DNA of 64,000 bases, taken from the NCBI RefSeq assembly GCF_963921235.1, contig NC_086124.1, forward strand, positions 27,776,001 to 27,840,000. Reading direction: 5' to 3'. A program made the position numbers and the translations under genes. Every line of letters begins with the position of its first letter. The first letter of the stretch is position 1. The notes under the pieces are model-generated. The model did not search any database. It had not been told where the DNA came from and saw only the letters and a list, made by a program, of their open reading frames with translations. Below, piece by piece: positions 58,401-64,000 of this stretch. This stretch comes from Mobula hypostoma (Eukaryota).

Positions 58401-61319
58401 TGGGGGTTCTGAAACAGAGCTGGTTCAGTACATGGGTAGGACGGGTTCTGTGGGACATGTACCAAGTGGCATAAACTTAGTGGGCACTATGGTTGGTACA
58501 GATATGTTGGGCCGAGGTGCCTATTTCTGTGTTGTATTAATCCATGACCTCTATTAGTTCATTAGATCAATAAAAAGAAATGGATGAAAGCTTTTTGAGT
58601 GTGAATTTCTCATCTTATATCATGGAGCCATGGAACTTGATGGCTGAAGGGTAATACCTGTTCCTAAACCTGCTGGTGTGGGACTTAAGGCTCCTGCACA
58701 TCCTTCTCGAAGGTGGTAGTGAGAAGTAGGGGTCGCTGATGCTGGATGCTCACTGGGTGGTGAAGGTGGTGTTTGGCATGCTGGCCTCCAGCAGTCAGGG
58801 AACGGTGTAGAGGAGCAGGGACATGACGTGCATTTGTCCAGCGATCACGACCAGGGTTCGAACCCCATCACTGTCAGCAAGTTCACCCACGACTGCGTGG
58901 GTTTCCTCCGAGCACTCCAGTTTCCTGCCACACTCCAAACACGCTGCAGACTTGGGTTCAAGAGCCACAGGGTGATGTTGCAGCTCTATTAAATCCTGGT
59001 TAGACCAAACTTGGAACAGTGTATTCAGTTGTGATCTCCTCATTACAGGAAGGATGTGGAAGCTTTAGAAGGGGTTCAAGTTAGATTTGCTGCCTGGATT
59101 AGAGAGAGTGCCTTACGAGGATAGGATAAGCGAACTATGGCTATTTTCTTTAGAGTGAAGAAGAATTAGAGGTGGTGTTAAAGATGATAAGCAGTATTGA
59201 TTGGACAGGAAAATAACCATATTCGATGGATTTCATTAAGATTCCCCACCTCAGGCCGGCTGGTGGCGCAATGACATTAGCGCCAGACCTCAGAACGGAG
59301 GTTCCCGGATTTGAACCCAGTCCAAGCTGCTCCCCAGTACGCTTTCCATCCATGCCAGGTTGAGTGATGCTGGGATATACAACTCCCTATCTCACCGAGG
59401 GTTTCAGACCCATCGGCTACCCTCACCTGGTTTAGCCGTTGCCCGGGGTGTGGCTGCGGTCACATGCAAACAGCTATGAGGAGCCACAGGTGAGAGCTGA
59501 GTGCCAGGTGGGGACCAAAGGTGGACTAATGACCTTGAAAATGACGCGACATGTTCCCCCACAAGAGGTGATACCCCTCCCTGACACCCCATACACTCCA
59601 AAAGCTGTATAAAGTCACCCTTAAGTTGAGTTACTGTTGTCACATGCACCAAAGCACATAACAAACGTTCATGCAGATCACATGCAGATTGAGGTAGAAC
59701 AAGGTAAAATAAGAAAAGAATTCAGAATAAAATGTCACAGCAACAGAGAATGTTTTGCGGGATAGGGAATAAGGTTGAGATGGACCACTCTCCAGGGATC
59801 TGAATAAAGGTGGCTGTAGAGATCGTGGAGACATTAATCATGACCCTTCAAGAATCTCTAGATTTATGAATGGTTCTGGAGTACTGGAAAATTGCAAATG
59901 TCACTCCACTCTTCAAGAAGGGAGAGAGGCAAAAGAAAGGAAATGGTAGGCCAGTTAGTCTGAATGCAGTGGTTGGGAAGATGTTGGAGCCGATTGTCAA
60001 GGAAGAGGTTTTGTGGTACTTAGAGACACGTGATAAAATAGGCCATGGTTTCCTTAAGGAGATATCTTGCCTGACAAAGCTGTTGGAATTCATTGAGGAA
60101 ATAACAGGCAGGGTAGACAAAGGAGAGTCAGTGGGTTTTGTGCACTTCGATCTTCAGAAGACCTTTGACAAGTTGCCGCACATAAAGCTGCTTAACAAGA
60201 TAAGAGCCTGTGGTTTTACAGGAAAGATACTCGTGTTACGCTCGGTTCGGTGAGCAGCTTACTGTCCGGAAAGACACCTCCGGTCCGGCCCAAACTTGAG
60301 AAACTTTGTTTTTGTGGGTGCTGCATGGTGTTCCCCTGTTACAAATTAGTACCACAAAATAACAAACAGTACACAATATGCAATTAAACGATTGAGCTTC
60401 ATAATTCTTAATTTGACTATGGGGTTAGTAAAGAAACAAAAATGAGAGAAAGGACCATTCTCATGAACCAGTCTATTTTACAGCATTGGAGCTCACGGTT
60501 TTCCCGTCGGTTCGTTCTCCCTAGATTTTCTCCCCGGGCGTCGACTCCCGACCCCATTCCAAGTCTATGACCTCCCCGTTCTGGCATCTTCTCTCTCCAC
60601 CTTCCACCAAACAAAAAAACCGCGAATCCCTTCTCTCAGCCCCACAAGAAAGAAGCAACATGCCTCTCATTGATACAAAATAGTCGCAGATGCTGGGGTC
60701 AAAGCAACACTCACAACACACTGGAGGAACTCAGCAGGTCAGGCAGCTCCGCTCCGTCCACCACAACAGACAGGATCTCCCAGTAGCCACCCACTCCAAC
60801 TCTGCTTCCCATTCCCATTCAGATATGTCCGTACATGGCCTCCTCTACTGCATGATGAGGCTAAACTCAGGTTGGAGGAGCAACACCTCATATACCGTCT
60901 AGGTAGTCTCCAGCCCCCTGGTATGAACATTGAATTCTCCAACTTCCGGTAATTCCCTCCCCCTCCCTTCCCCCATCCCAGTTTCACTCGGTCCCCTCCC
61001 CCAGCTGCCTATCACCTCCCTCATGGATCTGCCTCTTTCTACTACCCGTTGTGTTTTCCTCTATTCCTTCTTCACCTTTCCTGCCTATCACCTCCCTGCC
61101 TTCCCTCCCCCACCCCTTTGTCTTTTCCCTTACTGGTTTTTCACCTGGAAACTACCAGCATTCTCCTTCCCACCCTCCCCCCAACTTCTTTATCGGGCCT
61201 CTGCCCCTTCCCCCTACAGTCCTGATGAAGGGTTCCGGCCCGAAATGTCGACTGATTGTTTCCACAGATGCTGCCCATACTGGATTGCTCTATGTCTCTC
61301 TGAAACTCTATGATATGAG

Positions 61320-63150
61320 GTAGAAGCTCACGAGGTTGAAAACCCCAAGGCATTCTACCAGTATGTGAAGAGCGAGAGGATAAGGCGTGAGAGAATAGGA
61401 CCAATCAGGTGTGACAGTGGAAAAGTGTGTATGGAACTGGAGGAGATAGCAGAGGTACTTAATGAATACTTTGCTTCAGTATTCACTATGGAAAGGGATC
61501 TTGGCGATTGTAGGGATGACTTGCAGCGGACTGAAAAGCTTGAGCATGTAGATATTAAGGAAGAGGATGTGTTAGGGCTTTTGGAAAGCATCAAGTTGGA
61601 TAAGTCACCGGGACCAGACGAGATGTACCCCAAGTTACTGTGGGAAGCAAGGGAGGAGATTGCTGAGCCTCTGGTGATAATCTTTGAATCATCAATGAGG
61701 ACGGGAGAGGTTCCAGAGGATTGGAGGGTTGCGGATTTTGTTCCCTTATTCAAGAAACTAAGTAGGGATAGCCCATGAAATTAGAGACCAGTGAGTCTTA
61801 CTTCAGTGTTTGGTAAGTTGGTGGAGAAGATCCTGAGAGACAGGACTTATGAACATTTGGAGAGACATAATGTGATTAGGAGTAGTCAGCATGGCTTTAT
61901 GAAAGGTAGGTCGTGCCTTACAAGTCTGATTGAATTGTTTGATGATGTGACTAGACACATTGATGAAGGTATAGCAGTAGATATAGTGTATATGGATTTC
62001 AGCAAGGTATTTGATGAGGTTTGACCCCATGCAAGGCTTATTGAGAAAGTAAGGAGGCATGGGATCCAAGGGGACATTGCTTTGTGGATCCAGAACTGGC
62101 TTGCCCATAGAAGGCGAAGAGTAGTTGTAGACGGGTCATATTCTGCATGGAGGCTGGTCACCAGCGGTGTGCCTCAGGGATCTGTTCTGGGACCCCTGCT
62201 CTTCGTGAGTTTTACAAATGACCTGGATGAAGAAGTGGAGGGAATGGGTTAGTAAATTTGCTAATGACACAAAGATTAGGGGTGTTGTGAATAGTGTGGA
62301 GGGCTGTCAAAAGTTACAGCGGGACATTGATAGGATGCAAAACTGGGCTGAGAAGTTGCAGATGGAGTTCAACCCAGATAAGTGTGAGGTGGTTCATTTT
62401 GGTAGGCCAAATATGATGGCAGAATATCGTATTAATGATAAGACTCTTGGCAGTGTGGATGATCAGAGGGCTCTTGGGGACACTCAAAGCTGCTGCACAG
62501 GTTGACTCTGTGGTTAAGAAAGCATACAGTGCATTGGCCTTTATCAATCATAGGACTGAGTTTAGGAGCCAAGAGGAAATGTTGCAGCTATATACTGTAG
62601 GATCCTGGTCAGACTTGGAGTACTGTGCTCAGTTCTGGTCGCCTCACTGTAGGATGGATGTGGAAACCATAGAACGGGTGCAGAAGAGATTTACAAGGAT
62701 GTTACCTGGATTGGGGAGCATGCTTTATGAGAATAGGTTGAGTGAACTCGGCCTTTTCTCCTTGGAGTGACGGAGGATGAGAGATGTCCTGATAGAGGTG
62801 TATAAAATGATGAGAGGCATTGATTGTGTGGATAGTCAGAGGCCTTTTCCCAGGGCTGAAATGGCTAGCATGAGAGGGCACGGTTTTAAGGTGCTTGGAA
62901 GTAGGTACAGAGGAGATGTCAGGGGTAGGTTTTTTATGCAGAGAGTAGTGAGTGCGTGGAATGGGCTGCCGGTGATGGTGGTGGAGACGGATACAATAGG
63001 GTCTTTTAAGAGATTCCTGGACAGGTACATGGAGCTCAGAAAAATAGAGGGCTATGTATAACCCTAGGTAACTTCTAAGGTAAGGACATGTTCGGCACAG
63101 CTTTGTGGGCCGACTGGCTTGTATTGTGCTGTAGGTTTCCTATGTTTCTA
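61320..63150 (+). mobile_element. CR1-clade LINE, ORF2 fragment with frameshifts and 3' tail
   Basis: ORFs 61365-61778, 61791-62024, 62218-62505, 62435-62770 and 62777-63061 give consecutive CR1 RT motifs (KSPGPD, GFMKGRSCLT, FAND). Tail TTCCTATGTTTCTATG. Confidence 0.9.
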
Positions 63151-64000
63151 TGGTTCTATTCTCCTTCACCTTGTCTTCTAGGGCAACTTCATGCCTTCTT
63201 TTAGCCCTCCTGATTAATTTCTTAAGTGTTCTCTTGCTTTTCTTATACCCCATAAGCACCTCATTTGTCCCAACCTGCCTATACCTGCCATGCACCTCCT
63301 TTTTCTCTTAACCAAGGCCTCATTATCTCTTGAAAACTAAGCTTCCCTCTACTTGTTACCTTTACCTTTTATTCTGACACATTCTCAAAACGCTTTGTAC
63401 TCTCAAAATTTCACTTGTGAAGGTCTTCCACTTACCAAGTGCACCTGTGCCAGAAAACAGTTTGTCCCAGTCCACTTCTGATACTATCAGAATTGGTCCT
63501 TCACCAATTTAGAATCTCAACCCGCAGACCAGACCTATCATTTTGCATATTTACTTTCAACCTAATTGGATTGTGATCACAAGATGCAAAGTGTTCACCT
63601 GCACCAGTGATTCCCAACGGGGAGGGGGATGTTATGTGATTTAAGAGGCCATTAGAGGAAATGGAAGTCAGCCGGGGGCATTCAAGATTCTTGGGGGTGG
63701 GGGGAGGACAGTAAGTGCAACCTAACTCGAGGCTCGAGACCTGACCAACCGTTAGTAGAGCAGGCACTTCCGAAAAAGAGGATGAGGCACTGGAACACAG
63801 GAAGAACCACAGCTCAGCAGGCAGTGAGCACCTGTCATCACAACATGTCAGAAATTCGACAGTCTCATCCGACCTTCCTAACCAAGCAGACATTATTGGG
63901 GATGCATAATTTAGCAACCAGGGTGTCCAACAGTTGCCCTTGACTCGTGACATGGAACGAGTTCATGCAATTTAACAGTTGATAAGTCAAGTACACCCTC

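Noticed and set aside
63501-63953. 150-aa ORF on the - strand
   Set aside because: No recognisable motif; its end runs into a CR1 fragment and no convincing splice context was found.

Overview
Repeat-rich, intron-dominated vertebrate DNA. The SINE, CR1, Rex1 and Penelope content suggests an elasmobranch, probably a ray (inference). The ORF track is mostly noise or retroelement debris. The real content is a head-to-head pair of spliced MHC-family genes that fit the ancient 'W-category' (class II-like alpha+beta architecture with class I/beta2-microglobulin-like interface motifs). On the + strand an apparently intact beta-chain gene (WB-like) has 7 coding exons from 23055 to 55498, about 293 aa: leader, beta1, Ig-C1 beta2, TM and a three-exon Ser-rich tail. 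On the - strand its alpha-chain partner (WA-like) has alpha1 at 10389-10117, a b2m-like alpha2 at 8781-8499, TM at 6216-6105 and tail at 5675-5657. The alpha gene carries three premature stops and a +1 frameshift, although its splice sites and TM exon are intact. Its candidate first exon lies only 26 bp from the WB ATG. Introns hold a 5'-inverted (twin-priming-type) RTE LINE with a 13-bp TSD, a complete 4.1-kb hAT element nested in a Gypsy gag, Tc1/mariner elements and MITEs, Penelope, CR1, Rex1 and Nimb remnants, and three minisatellites next to exons. All gene models were spliced by hand from GT-AG signals and frame continuity; no transcript or database evidence was available.
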